NCBI GenBank assembly: GCA_965198005.1
Contig: CBDAOI010000004.1
Coordinates: 2,368,001-2,432,000, forward strand
DNA: 64,000 nt
Source: Spirochaetia bacterium
Lineage (GTDB): Bacteria > Spirochaetota > Spirochaetia > SZUA-6 > Bin103
Direction: 5' to 3'
Shown: in pieces, positions 52,277 through 64,000 of the stretch
Numbering within the stretch: position 1 is the stretch's first letter
Layout of the letters: each line of letters starts with the position of its first letter
Notes under the pieces: model-generated
The model's input: only the letters and a program-made list of their open reading frames with translations
Told to the model about the DNA's origin: nothing
The model's database searches: none
Made by a program: the position numbers and the translations under genes

Positions 52277-52746
52277 CAAGCCGGGTTGGCCGCGGTCTCG
52301 GCAAACAGCGAGGTGGTCCAAGTGCCGGGGTTGGCCGGCTCTTGAAAGAGAAGCTGCTGGCGCGGGGTGAGCGGCACCGAGGCGGGCGCCTGCACGCGGC
52401 GCGCCGACCAGGCGAGGTGCGACTGGCAGTACTTGTAGAGCAGAGTGCGGCGCTGGTGCGCTCCGTTCCAGGGCGCGGTGCCGTGGGTCAACGCCTCGGA
52501 AAACAGCACCACGGATCCCGCCGGTGCCTCGGGTACCACGACGCCGGGCGCCAGGGAATCGCCGTCCATCATCTCCCGGATCTCGTGGTCGCCGACCAGC
52601 ACCTGGAACGCATGCCCGGTCATCACCTCCGGGCATCGCACCGGCTGCGCGTCGGGCACCGGTCCCCGGAAATCCAGCTCGAACGCCCCGTCCGCGCTGG
52701 TCTCGTAGCCGCCCCTCATCGTCACCACCGCCGGCCGCTTGTCATT
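52276..52746 (-). pseudogene. Phytanoyl-CoA dioxygenase (PhyH) family C-terminal fragment
   Basis: PAGSVVLFSEALTHGTAPW...RRTLLYKY. Confidence 0.7.
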
Positions 52747-52747
52747 G

Positions 52748-55700
52748 TCACCAGCTTCGGGTGCCTTGCAGGGTGACGGTGTGCTGCGGGTCGGCGCCAA
52801 GCGTGGTCTCGTGGCGGGTGCCCTCGAGGCTGAGGGTGAGGCCGCGGCCTGGGGCGGTGGTGATGGTGAAGCGGTAGCCGAGGCGATAGTCGCGGCTGCC
52901 GTCGGCCAGACCCAGCCCGAGGTAGGGGGTGCCGACGCCCGCGGCGCCGAACAGCGGCAGGCCGTAGGCGGCCTCGGCGGTCAGCCGGGCGCCGGGGTCG
53001 GCGCGGGCGGCGTCCGCGGTCAGGCCGGCCATGGTGGGCCGGCTGTGGAGCGCGTGCGCGCCGCTGGTCGCGGTCCCGCCCCAGGCGGGGGCGAGGGCCA
53101 GCGACAGGCCGAGGTCGGAGGCGGGGTCGGGGTCGTAGCTGAGCGAGCCGGCCACGCCCCAGTCGGGGAAGCCGGCCTCGTGCACCAGCAGCCCATGACC
53201 GCTGACCTGCGCGGCCAGCCCAAGCGCCGGGGCGGCCCAGCGCAGGCTGCCGCTGACGTCGAGGCCGAAGCCGGTCTCCGCGTGCCCGCCGTCGTGGCGC
53301 ACGGCCAATTCCACGGTGGGCGTGAGCCGTCCGCCGGCGCCCAAGGCCAGCGCGTAGCTGCCTTCCAGGCCCAGCCGCAGCCGGCTCACGTCCGCCGCCG
53401 CCGCCGCCAGGCCGCGCGTTGCCTCCAGGCTGGTGCGCAGCACCAGCGCGTCCAGGTTCACCGCCAGTCCGGCGCCGCCCGCGGAGTCGGGCGCCAGCAG
53501 CTCGCCACGGGCGCCGCCTGCGCCCAGCAGCAGCCGGATACCGCTCTCCAGCGGCTCGTCGCCGGGCGCGGTCAGCGTCAGCACGCCCTGGCCGTAGCCG
53601 GCGGCGCCCCACAGCGCCAGCGGCCCCGCGGCGTAGCCGACGTAGGGGTAGCCGCCCACCAGCCACGAGTGCAGCGCGCCGTCCGCCGCCGGCGACCGGT
53701 AGCTGCCGCCGCCGCTCTCGTGGTAGGCCAGCGCCAGCCCCGCCAGCCAGCCGCCATGCGCGTAGTCGGCGCCCAGCAGCCCGGCCCACACGTCGCCGTC
53801 CAGCTCCACGGCACCGTCGCGACCGCCGAAGCGTGAGAACGCGCCGCCGCCCCACAGCGTGAGGGTGCCGCCGTCCGCCGCCGGCACCCCGACCTGGAAC
53901 GCGCTTTCGCTCAGCAGCTCGCGCGCGGGCAGGATCCGCGCCCCGGTGGTGTCCTGCTCGCCACGTACCCACGCGGCCAGTTCCGCCAAACCTGCGGCCG
54001 GCGACGCATGGCCGCCGAGCGCCGCTACCGCACCATCGATCCCCGCCGGGGCAGCCGCGGGTGCGGCATGCGGGACCCGGTGCCCCGCGAGCGTCACCTG
54101 AGCCCCCGCCGACTGCGACGCCCGCAGCCGCTCCTCGACCGCGTTCAGCACCTGTTCCGCCACGGTGCGCCCGAAGCGCGCCAGCCACGCTCGCGGCAGC
54201 GGATCGGCGTTCGTCGATGGTCCCGGTTGCCTCCGCGTCGGACAGCCGTGCGCCGAACGGACGCGACAGCGTCAACGTCAGCGTCTCGGCGCCCTCCTCA
54301 TGGGCGTCGTCGAGCACCGCCACCGCGACCGTCTTGGCGGTCTCGCCCGGCGCGAAGCGCAGCGCGCCCCGCACGGCCACGTAATCCGCGCCCGCCACCG
54401 CCGTCCCGTCGGCGCTCGCATAGCGCACCGAGACCGCGGTGGCCTGCGGCTGCTCCAGCGTCACCCGGAAGCGGAGCGCCGCGCCCGCGGCTTCACGTAC
54501 CGCGGCGTCCGCCACCGACACGCCCGGGCCGGGGGCCGGCGCCGCGCCCCGGCGATTCAGACGCACCGCAACGGTCATGCCCGGCTCCCAGTCGAGCTCG
54601 ACGCTCCAGGCGTAGGTCGTGCCGCTGCCTGCGCCCGCCAGGGCCAGCTCGACCTCGCCGAAGTGCAGGGTCAGCCCGTCGATCTCCTCCGGCGCTCGGG
54701 TGAAGCCGACCAGCAGCTCGCCCGGCACGTAGATGACGTAGTCGAGCGCGTAGTCGACCCCGTCCTCGGTCCAGCCGTTGTCGTCCACGGCGTCGCCGAG
54801 GGCGCCGATCCAGCCGCCGTAGGTCCCCACCTCCAGCTCGCCCGACCACAGCGTCACGGCCGCCGATGACGGCGCCTGCTCGTCGTCGAACACGTCCACC
54901 CCGGCTGCCGCGGCAGCCGCAGCCACCCGGTAGCCGGCACCGGCCGCTACCGTCGCCGTCACCCGCGCGTCCGCCTCCGCCGCGGCGTCGTCCTCGGTGG
55001 CGATCCTGAGCCGCGCCTCGGCGGTGTTTTCCGCGAAGGTGACCGATGACGGCGCCGCGCCGTCGAGCACGTCGCCGGCCTCGGTCACCGAGACCGTGAC
55101 GGTGAGCGCCGAGGTCGTAGCGCCGCTGCGGCGCAGCACGAACACCGCGGCACTGCCCTCGGTCACCGGCGAGGCCGCCGCCGCGATCGAGACCTCGGGC
55201 AGCGGCGCCGAGACGGTGGCCGTCGCCGCGCTGAGCAGCGTTTCCTCCGTGCCCCCGTCATCGGTGAAGGTGACGCGCACCTTGACCGTCTTGCCGGCCT
55301 CGGCGGCGGTCAGCGTGTAGCTCGCCTCCGTCGCGCCCGCGATGTCCGCGTCCCCGCTCCCGTCATTGACAATCCATTGCCAAGCGAAGACCGCACCGGC
55401 GAGCCCGTCCGCGTCTTCGATTCCGTGCGCGGAGGCCGTCAACGTCGCGCCCACCAGCGGCGTGCCCGCAATCGCCGGCCGGCCCGCCGGCAGCGTGTTG
55501 GCCACGGGGGTGGCATTCGTCACCGCCTGGCGGGAGAACCCGGCCGCGGCATTGCCGGCCGGGTCGCGGATGCGGGCCGATGCCTCCGCCGGCACGCTGT
55601 AGGTCACCGCGACCGTATCGTCCGCCGTCACCGCGGAGGCCAACGTCAGGAGCGTCGCGCTGCCGTCCACCGACACGCCGGAGACTCCGCGCGAGGCCGT

Positions 55701-58700
55701 CCCGACGGTGACCGCGAAGGCGCCTGCGGGCGGCACCGAGCTCTCGTCCAGCGCCTCATCGAAGGTCAGTGTCACGGTCGCACCGTCCACCGAGGCGCCG
55801 GTCAGCACCGGCGCGTCGTCGTCGACATCGGTGAGCCGCACCGTCAGCTCGGCCGCGACCGGATTGGCGCCATCGGTGACGGCGACCGTCACCTCGTACT
55901 CGCCGTCCGCACCGGCATCGTCGGGCGCCTCGAAGTCGGGAGCCGCCTTGAACGCCAGCACCCCCGCCGCCGTCAGCGTGAACTTGTCCGCGTCCGCGCC
56001 CCCCGCGATGGACCACGCGAGGTCCGCCGCCGGCGTATCCGTGTCCGTGGCCACGAGCGTCGCGACTGTCGTGCCGTTCTCCGGCGCAGCGATCGGCGTT
56101 GCCGTCGTGACGACCGGCGCCGCATCGTCGTCCGCCACCGTCACCGACGCGGAGGCCGCGTCCGCGTCGACCGCATAGCCGTCGCCGCCCTCGAGCGTCG
56201 CGGTCACCGTGCTCGCGGACTCGGCCGTCTCGTCGTCATCCGTGGCCACCGCGAGCTCGGCGGTGCCGGCGCCCGCCGCGAAGGTCACGTTGGCGGGGGG
56301 CGCGCCCATGAGCGCCGCGCCGTCTTCCGCCACCACCACCGCGACCGTCAGCGCCGCCGCCGTATCGCCGCTGCGGCTCAGCGTGAACGCCGCCGCCGTG
56401 CCCTCCGCGACCGCGCTCGCCCCGGCCGCGATCGAGATCGCCGGCAGCGGCCCGGCGATGGTCGCCTGCGGCCGGTTCGACAGCCGCCCGCCATCCGCCG
56501 TGCAGAGCGCGCCCGCCGCATCGCAGGCCCGGTCCGCCGGCAGCGCGAGCGTGACCTCGGCATCCGAGGCGGGTTCGACGCTGAGCTCCCACAGGTCGCT
56601 GCGCCCGTCGATGCGCCGTGCCCCTGTTACCGAGCCGTCCGTGACCTCGGCGGCGTGATCGCCGAACGCCGCGACGCCGGTCGTCACCGCCTCGCTGAAC
56701 GCGATCCGCACGGCGAAAGCCGTGGCGCCGTCATGGCGCTCCGGGACGTTCTCGAAACGCGCCATCAGCGCCGCCGACACCTGCCCCGTGGCCGCGCTGA
56801 CCAGTGTCTCCTGCGTGCCGCCGTCATCGGTGAACGTCACCTGTACCTTGACCGTCTTGCCTAGCTCGGCCGCGGTCAGCGTGCAGGTCGCGCCGGTCGC
56901 TCCCGCGATCTCGGCATCCGCGCTCCCGTCGTTGGCGATCCACTGCCAGGCGTACGTCGCGCCGCTCAGGCCGTCCGCGTCCGCGATCCCGATCTCCGAC
57001 GCCGTCAGCGTCTCGCCCACGCGCGCGGTGCCGGAAACCGCCGGCAGCCCGGTCGGTGGCGTGTTCACAGAGTCAGAGGTGTTGTTCGTCACCCGGCGCA
57101 GCGACACCGCGACCCGGACGCCGTCCGACGCCCCGTCCTCGTAGCGCGAATATTCAGGACTCGGCTGTGGCGTGCGGCCCGCCAGCATCGGCAACGTGCC
57201 GCGCTTCACTTGTACCGCTTCCAGCCCCGAGATCCGGTATCCGTTCCAGTACGCCACCAAGCCCGATGCGTCGGGCAGCGTCGAACCCGTCGCCAGCGCG
57301 AACACGCCTCTCGAATTCACGAGGAACGCATCCACTACGTAAGTCGTACCGCCGTCCTCGAACGAGGTGACGTCCATCTCTCCGAACGACTCGCCCAGCA
57401 CCCGCCCGTACCCCGCGACCCAATAGGGGAACTGATGCGAACCCAGTGTCACCGTCGCCGACAGCAGCTCCTCCTCGCCGTCCGCGAGCGGCGGATTGGC
57501 GGGTGCCGACCACACCGGCGCCGTCGGCGCGCTCGTCAGCGTCTCACCGTCGCGCTCGACCCGCACCGAGAGCCGTGCGCCCACGTCAGCCACCGTCGGG
57601 ACATAGGTGCTCGCCGTCGCTCCCGCGATCACTTCCGATCCGCGCAGCCACTGATATGCCAAAGCACCACTCGGCGGTTCCGCGAACGACGCCTCCAAGG
57701 TGTTCCCGACCTGCGGTACCCCGTCGATCTGCGGCATCGACACAAACGGCGATTCCTCGTCGGAAATCGTGCCGGTCGCCTCGGCGTCGGCAAGTGTCGC
57801 ACCCGAGGGGTTGCTGAGCTGCAGCGTCAAGGTCTCCCCGCTGTCTTCTACCGTGTCGTCGAGAATGACGACGCTTACCGTCTTGCTCGTCTCCCCGGGT
57901 CCGAAGGTGAGCGTCCCGTTGGCCGCGGTGTAGTCCTCGCCCGCGGTCGCAGTGCCGTCCGCTGTGACCCAATCCACCGTCACCGTCTCGCAGTCGTCCC
58001 GCGCGTTGAGCGTCACCTCGAAGTCGATTGTTCCGTCGGTGCCCTCCGTGGCGCTCGCGTCCGCGGCCGATACCTTCCAGTTGTGTGCGAAATACAGCGA
58101 GTTGGCGGACGCGGTATTGAGGTTGCCGGACCTGTCTTGCCACCCGCCGGCAGGAACGGTGATCACGACGCCATTGACGTCCGAGACCGCACCGCGATTT
58201 TCCAGCGACACCACTGGCGTCGTGAAGTAGCGATAGTGCAGGTGGCTACCTGCGAGGCCCCCTATCGCCAACCAACTGAAGTCGGTGTCATCCTGGCCGG
58301 CTATCTCAAACGGGCGAGCGCTGGTGTCATCGGCATTCGTGACCCGCTCGCTAAAATGTAACTCCCACGACAGCGAGTGGTTACCTCCCACCTGTGGACC
58401 GAGGGATTCGCTTCCAGGTCGACGCATTGCACCGACACGGTCGGCGAAACGGTGTCCTCCGGTTCGTCGTCGTTGATCGTGCCTGTCGCCGTCGCGTCGC
58501 CCAGCGTCGCGTTGGTCGGACTCGACAAGGTGAGCGTGAAGGTCTCGTTGTCCTCGTCTGCCGCGTCAGCCGTCGTCGCAACGCTCACCGTCTTCGATGT
58601 CTCGTTCGCCGCGAACGTCAGCATCCCCGACGCCGCCGTGAAGTCGGTCCCGCTCTCCGCTGTGCCGCCCGAAGTCGCATACTGGACCGTCACCTGCTGA

Positions 58701-61700
58701 CTGCTCGCCGCCGACAGCGACACCGTGAACTCCACCAAGGCGCCCTCGGTCGCACGTGCGTCCGACACGCTCAGCGTCAGTGAATCCTGCACCACCGCCG
58801 TCGCCGCACTGGTCAGCGCTTCCTCGGTGCCGCCGTCGTCGATGAAGGTGGCCCGCACCTTGATGGTCTTGCCTTGGTCGGCGGCGACCAGTGTGTAGCT
58901 GACCTGCGTCGCATCCGCGATATCCGTGTCTGTGGTCCCGTCGGATCTCATCCACTGGTAAGTGAACGTCGCCCCGCCCAGGCCGTCCGCGTCCGCAATC
59001 TCCGTCACCGAAGCCGTCAGCGTCTCGCCGACGCGCGCGGTGCCGGAAACGGTCGGCAGCCCGGTCGGTGGCGTGTTCACAGGGTCAGAGGTGTTGTTTG
59101 TCACCGCCGCGCCGGAGAACGCCGCCGCGTCGTTGCCAGCCGTGTCCTCGATGCGCGGCGCGTCGGGCGCCGCTGGAACCGTATAGCTCACCGTCACCAC
59201 GTCGTCCGCCGCCACCGCCGAAGCGAGCGTCAGCGCCACCGTGCTCCCCGCGACCGATACTTCGGTGACTCCGCGGGCAACTCCTGCGACCGACACCGCG
59301 AACGCATCCGCCGCCGGCTCCGAGCTCTCGTCCAGCGCTTCGCTCCAGGTCAAGGTCAGCGTCTCGCCGGCCACGACCGCCGCCGACAGCTCCGGCCGGA
59401 CCCGGTCGCCCGGCGTGGCGATCCTGGACGACCAGGCGCCGCCGCCCACGCCGTTGATCGCTCTGACTCTCACCCGGTACGAGACGCCATTGGTCAATCC
59501 GGTAATGGTGTAGGTCAGGTTCGCGAGATCGGTCACCGTGGCCCCGGACAAGGGTCCTGAGTATTCGATCCGCCAGTACACACTGTATGCGGTGATCGCA
59601 GAGCCGCCGTCGCTGAGAGGGGCATCCCAAGACACCTGCAGCACCCCTTCCCGGCCAACGACCGGGGCGACCACGAGATTCCGGGGCTCCTGGGGCGGCT
59701 GTGCGATGTCCGCTACGGCCTGACCGCTGAACGCCGCCGCCGTATTGCCGTACAAGTCACGGACCGGGCTCGCATCCGGTCCCGTGGGAACCTCGTAGGC
59801 CAGCGTGATGCCCGTCTCGCCATGCTCGATCCGAGGCGTGATGTTCAACTCCAGTCGCGAATCTCCGATTTTCCACACCTCGGCTACCGACCGGGACACC
59901 GCGCCCCCGGCAATCGTGAAGGCACCCGCCTCAGGCACCGAACCAAAGTGCAGCGACTCGCTCCAGTTCAGGTGCAGATTGCCAGCGCTACTCACCGTCA
60001 CACCGTTGGTGGCGGTCAGAGCCGGCCTGACGCCGTCCACAAGGATACGGTGCGTCGTGCCCTGCTCCGGAAGCGTGAGCACCGCGTCATTGCCGGAGCC
60101 GTCCCTGATCGTTCCGCCGTTGGCGACGATGTCTCCCGGCTCGACGCGCACCCCGTCCGTGTCTTCGTCGTTCTCCTCCACCGTGTAGCGGAACGTCAGC
60201 ACCGCCGTGCCCGTACCGCTGTGATAGACGGCCTGCTTCACAACGTCCCCGACGTTGAGACCAAGCGACGGGCTGCCGTTGGTCGCATCGACCGTCACGC
60301 TCTCGTTGAACGTGACCGCCACGTCGAACGACTCGCCGATGACGTAGGTCGAGCTGTGTCCGGAGGCCCGGAGCAGGTCGACCCTGGTCGCCCGCGGCGC
60401 CATCGTATCGTCGGTGAGGACCGTGACCGCGTGGTCGTAGAAATTGCCGGCGAGATTCCCCACCGCGTCGCGGATGGCGTCCGAAAAACGGTAATACGGT
60501 ACGGTGTAGCGAACGTAGACTTCGTCACCGGGCGAGACCGGCACGTTCAGCGCCAGCGTTACCACGGCGCCGTCCACCCAGATGCCAGTGACGGTTCGCC
60601 CAGTCACCGAAAACCCGTATCCGGGGGTGGGCACCGAGTCCTCGGCCAATGGCTCGTCAAAGGTGAGCGTCAGCGTGGTTCCGTTCGCCACCGCGCCGCC
60701 GGCTATGGGGGCGGGTCTGACGCCGTCTACCTTGTGCCCGGGTTGCGCCGCCAGTCCCGAGTGCGTCAGCACCGCGTTCTTGTTCGCGCCGTCCTTGATC
60801 GTTCCCCCGTACAGTTGGGGCGACCAGCGGCGGGCGGGGACGGACACGCCGTCGGGCTTGTGGTCGCCTTCGCTCGCGGTGTAGCGGAACGTCAACGTCG
60901 CCGTGCCCGAACCCCCGTGGTACCCGGCAGGACTGTAGGGGCTCTGGAACGTAATCGCCCCCAAGAAACTGTCCGCGTCGGCGGGCGGCTTGCCTGCGTC
61001 CAGAGGAAGTACGGGAGCTCCGGTAACCGTCACGCGTTCGCTGAAGGTCAGCGTCACTTCGATGACCTCCGGCTCGCCCCAGGTGCCAAGCATGGCGGTG
61101 TAGGTCCGGTCCGGCCCGGGATCCGAGGTGATCGCGATCGAGATCACCTCGGCGATCGTGTCGTTCCGCACCGTCCGGCCGAACAGTGGGGCCGCGTTGT
61201 TGCCTGTCACGTCCCGGATCGGTTTCGCCCCCGGCCCCTCCGGCACGACGTAGTGCACCGTGACCTCGTCACTCGAGATCACCGCCGAGGCCAGCGTCAA
61301 CGTCACCGCGTTGCCGGATACCACGACCTGGGCGACCTCGCGAGAAGCGACGCCCGCCTGCACCGCGAACGCGCTCGCCCCCGGTTGGGAGGCTTCGTCC
61401 AGCGCCTCATCGTAGGTGAGCACGAGCGTGGCTCCGGTCACCGTCGCCATCGACAACTCGGGCGCAATCGTTTCCGCCGCGACCGGTGTCCCCGCCGCCT
61501 CAGCCGCGGCACCGTCGCCGTTCTGGTTGTAGGCGACCATCCGAACCGCGTATTCGATGCCGTTGGTCAGTCCGTCGATCGTGTGCAGCCAAGCTTCGGG
61601 TCCGATTGTCGCCGCGCGCCCCGACGAGTCGTAGTCCTGGGAGCCGGACTTCCACTGGACCTGGTAACCTTCGATCGGCGAACCGCCGTCATGCGCAGGC

Positions 61701-64000
61701 GGATCCCAGACCACGTTCAGTTTCCCGCTGCCGACGGCGGTGGCGGTCAGGCCGCCGGGCGCCGCCGGCACGCATCCGCCGTCTCGCCACGGGTTCCTGG
61801 TAACCGCGCCGCTCCAGAGGGCTGCGGATGGCAGGTTTTCGCAGTAGCCGCCGAATGCATTGCGGAGCTGGTAGGTGACCGCGTGTCGCGCAAATGACTC
61901 AGGCCCGACATCGGCCCAGAATGCCTCCAGATCCGGATCGCCGTCAGCATCGTGGTAGGTAGCGGCGAACCACTGCGGCATCTGGCCGCCGAGCGCGCTC
62001 CGCGCTACGCTCAGGGCTTCCTGCGTCTGACCGGCGGCGCCGCAGCCATGCCCATCCCAATACGACGTACGGACGTCGCCCAGTACGAGTTTCGTCAAGA
62101 TGTCGGCGTAAATTTCCCTCCCCGAGCAAACGAGCCGATTACCGCTTCGCAAACCGATCTGTTCGAAATACACATGGGCTACGCCTAGAGGAATCGGGTC
62201 TGACGACAGTTCGTTCGACGCTGTATAGATATGAGCCATCTCATGTACCAGCGTAAGCGGTGAATCAATTTCTGCGTCGCGTATGCCCATGTCGGTGGAT
62301 CTGCACCGACGAAGCGGTGAATAGGGGACGTCGCGGCACGGGGAGAGCACGTAACCGTTGGCGTCATCGGGGACGTTATGCACGCCGGGTCCTTCAAGGG
62401 AATCGAAAACTCGCAATCGAAATCCGGGCCCGTTCATATGGCGCCAAGCCGCACGCAGCCACGGGTGGGCGGCTCCATGCACCGCTACGATATCGTTCTC
62501 GATGAAATGGCGAAGCTGGGACACCAGCGAGAGCGGTGTGCCGGTCGTCTCCCCCGACGCGGTGCCGTCGCCGGCATCGTTCACCGCGATGACCCGTACC
62601 GTGTATGCCACGCCGTTGGTCAGCCCGGTGATCGTGTACCTCAGGTTGGCCGGATCGGTCACGGTCGCCTGCCGGGTCGACGAGTCCGTCGCGTCGTAGT
62701 CCTCGGAGCCGGACTTCCATTGCACCGTGTAGTCGGTCACGGCCGCGCCGCCGGCAGGCGCAGCCCAGGACACCTGCAGCGCCCCTTCCGCCCTATTGGG
62801 GACAGCGAGCGTCAGGTTGCGGGGCGCATCGGGTACCGCGGCCTCCACCTCCGCCGTGGCCGCGCTGGTGAGCGTCTCTTCCGTGCCGCCGTCGTCGGTG
62901 AAGGTCACCTGCACCTTGATGGTCTTGCCTGCGTCGGCGACGGCGAGCGTGTAGACGGCCTGCGTCGCGCCCGCGATATCCGTGTCCCCGGCTCCGTCGT
63001 TCGAGATCCACTGCCAGGCGAAGGTCGCGCCGCTCAGGCCGTCCACGTCCGCGATCCCGGACGCGGACGTGGTCAGCGTCTCGCCCACCCGCGCCGGGCC
63101 GGAGATCATCGGCAGCCCGGTTGGCGGCGTGTTGACCGGCGCCGGGGTGTTGTTCGTCACCGACTCGCTCAAGAACGACAAAGCCTCGTTGCCCGCCGCA
63201 TCCTTGATGCGGTCGTCCGGCGACGGGGCCACGTAGAGCACCGTGACCGGGTCGCCCGCCGCCACCGCGGAGGCCAGCGTCAGCGACACCGTGCTGCCGG
63301 ATACGGAGACTGCCGTGATCCCTCGCGCGGCGCCCCGGACCGACACGTCGAAGGAGTACCACCACGGCGTCGAGCCTTCGTCCAGCGCTTCGTTCCAGGT
63401 CAACGTCAGCGTGTCGCCGTCCACCGCCGCCGCCGCAAGCTGCGGGCGAACCCGGTCGCGCGGCGTGCCGGTGACAGCGGCCGTCGCGGCGCCGTCGCCC
63501 ACGCCATTGGTCGCAATTACCCGCACCGTGTACGCCACGCCGTTGGTCAGCCCGGTGATCGTATGCGTCAGACCGGCGAGGTCGGTCACCACGGCCTGCC
63601 GGGTGGACGCCGCCGTCCCGTCGTAGTCCTCGGAGCCGGACCGCCACTGCACCTTGTAGCCGGCGACCGCCGAGCCGCCGTCGCTGTCTGGCGCCTGCCA
63701 GGACACCTCCAGCAGGCCTTCCTTGCCGTCGGGGGCGGCGATGCTCAGGTTGCGAGGCGCATCGGGGACCGTGGCCTCCACCGCAGCGGTCGCCACGCTG
63801 GTGAGCGTCTCCTCGGTGCCGCGGTCGTCGGTGAAGCTCACACGCACCTTGATCGTGTTGCCTGCGTCGGAAGCGGCGAGCGTGTAGACGGCCTGGGTTG
63901 CGCCCGGGATAGCCGTGTCCGCGGTCCCGTCGTGCGAGAGCCACTGGTAGCGGAAGGCCGCGCCGCTCAGGCCGTCCGCGTCCGCGATTCCCGACACCGA
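52748..64000 (-). CDS. Giant surface adhesin/autotransporter (FN3, SwmB-like, Calx-beta, cadherin-like repeats, HEXXH domain, C-terminal beta-barrel); 5' end outside the window; two 1-nt frameshifts (~58410, ~54217)
   Basis: Three consecutive ORFs join into continuous domains (..TGTI/NADPLPRAWLARFGRTVAEQV..); recurring TGLP.ISG.ARVGETL, LTLTW.EALDESS, GLTNGV.Y.VRV.A.N, TSKTVSV motifs; terminal W. Confidence 0.9.

Overview
High-GC bacterial DNA. The gene content suggests a host-associated, possibly sponge-symbiont spirochaete-like genome (inference only): paralogous family-5 solute-binding proteins, many toxin-antitoxin (TA) loci, Uma2, DUF1640, PhyH/TauD fragments and a giant FN3/Calx-beta surface protein. 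Housekeeping or metabolic genes include ftsH, an IlvD/Edd dehydratase, pckA, a type-2 ileS, three SDRs, a DtxR-family regulator and a double FabH-like protein. From 9 to 29 kb there is a tandem array of about five paralogous peptide/nickel-type ABC modules (SBP-permease-permease, no ATPase in the window), separated by TA pairs or other accessory genes. All three SBP genes with an intact 5' end are preceded by the same multi-part leader: a strong SD, a tiny uORF (MILKEPHxRAA) whose stop lies in a GC-rich hairpin, and a covarying multi-stem RNA. I do not recognise this element, and it is the best candidate for an undescribed regulatory system. Also present: an IS110 with a bridge-RNA-like 5' noncoding end, an IleRS2 with the GVHH signature linked to mupirocin hyper-resistance, a BREX remnant (pglZ-B, brxL), and a >11 kb autotransporter-type adhesin gene with an embedded HEXXH domain. 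Many genes carry 1-nt indels or abrupt internal deletions and fusions, so some pseudogenes may be long-read assembly artefacts. No rRNA, tRNA or CRISPR array was seen.
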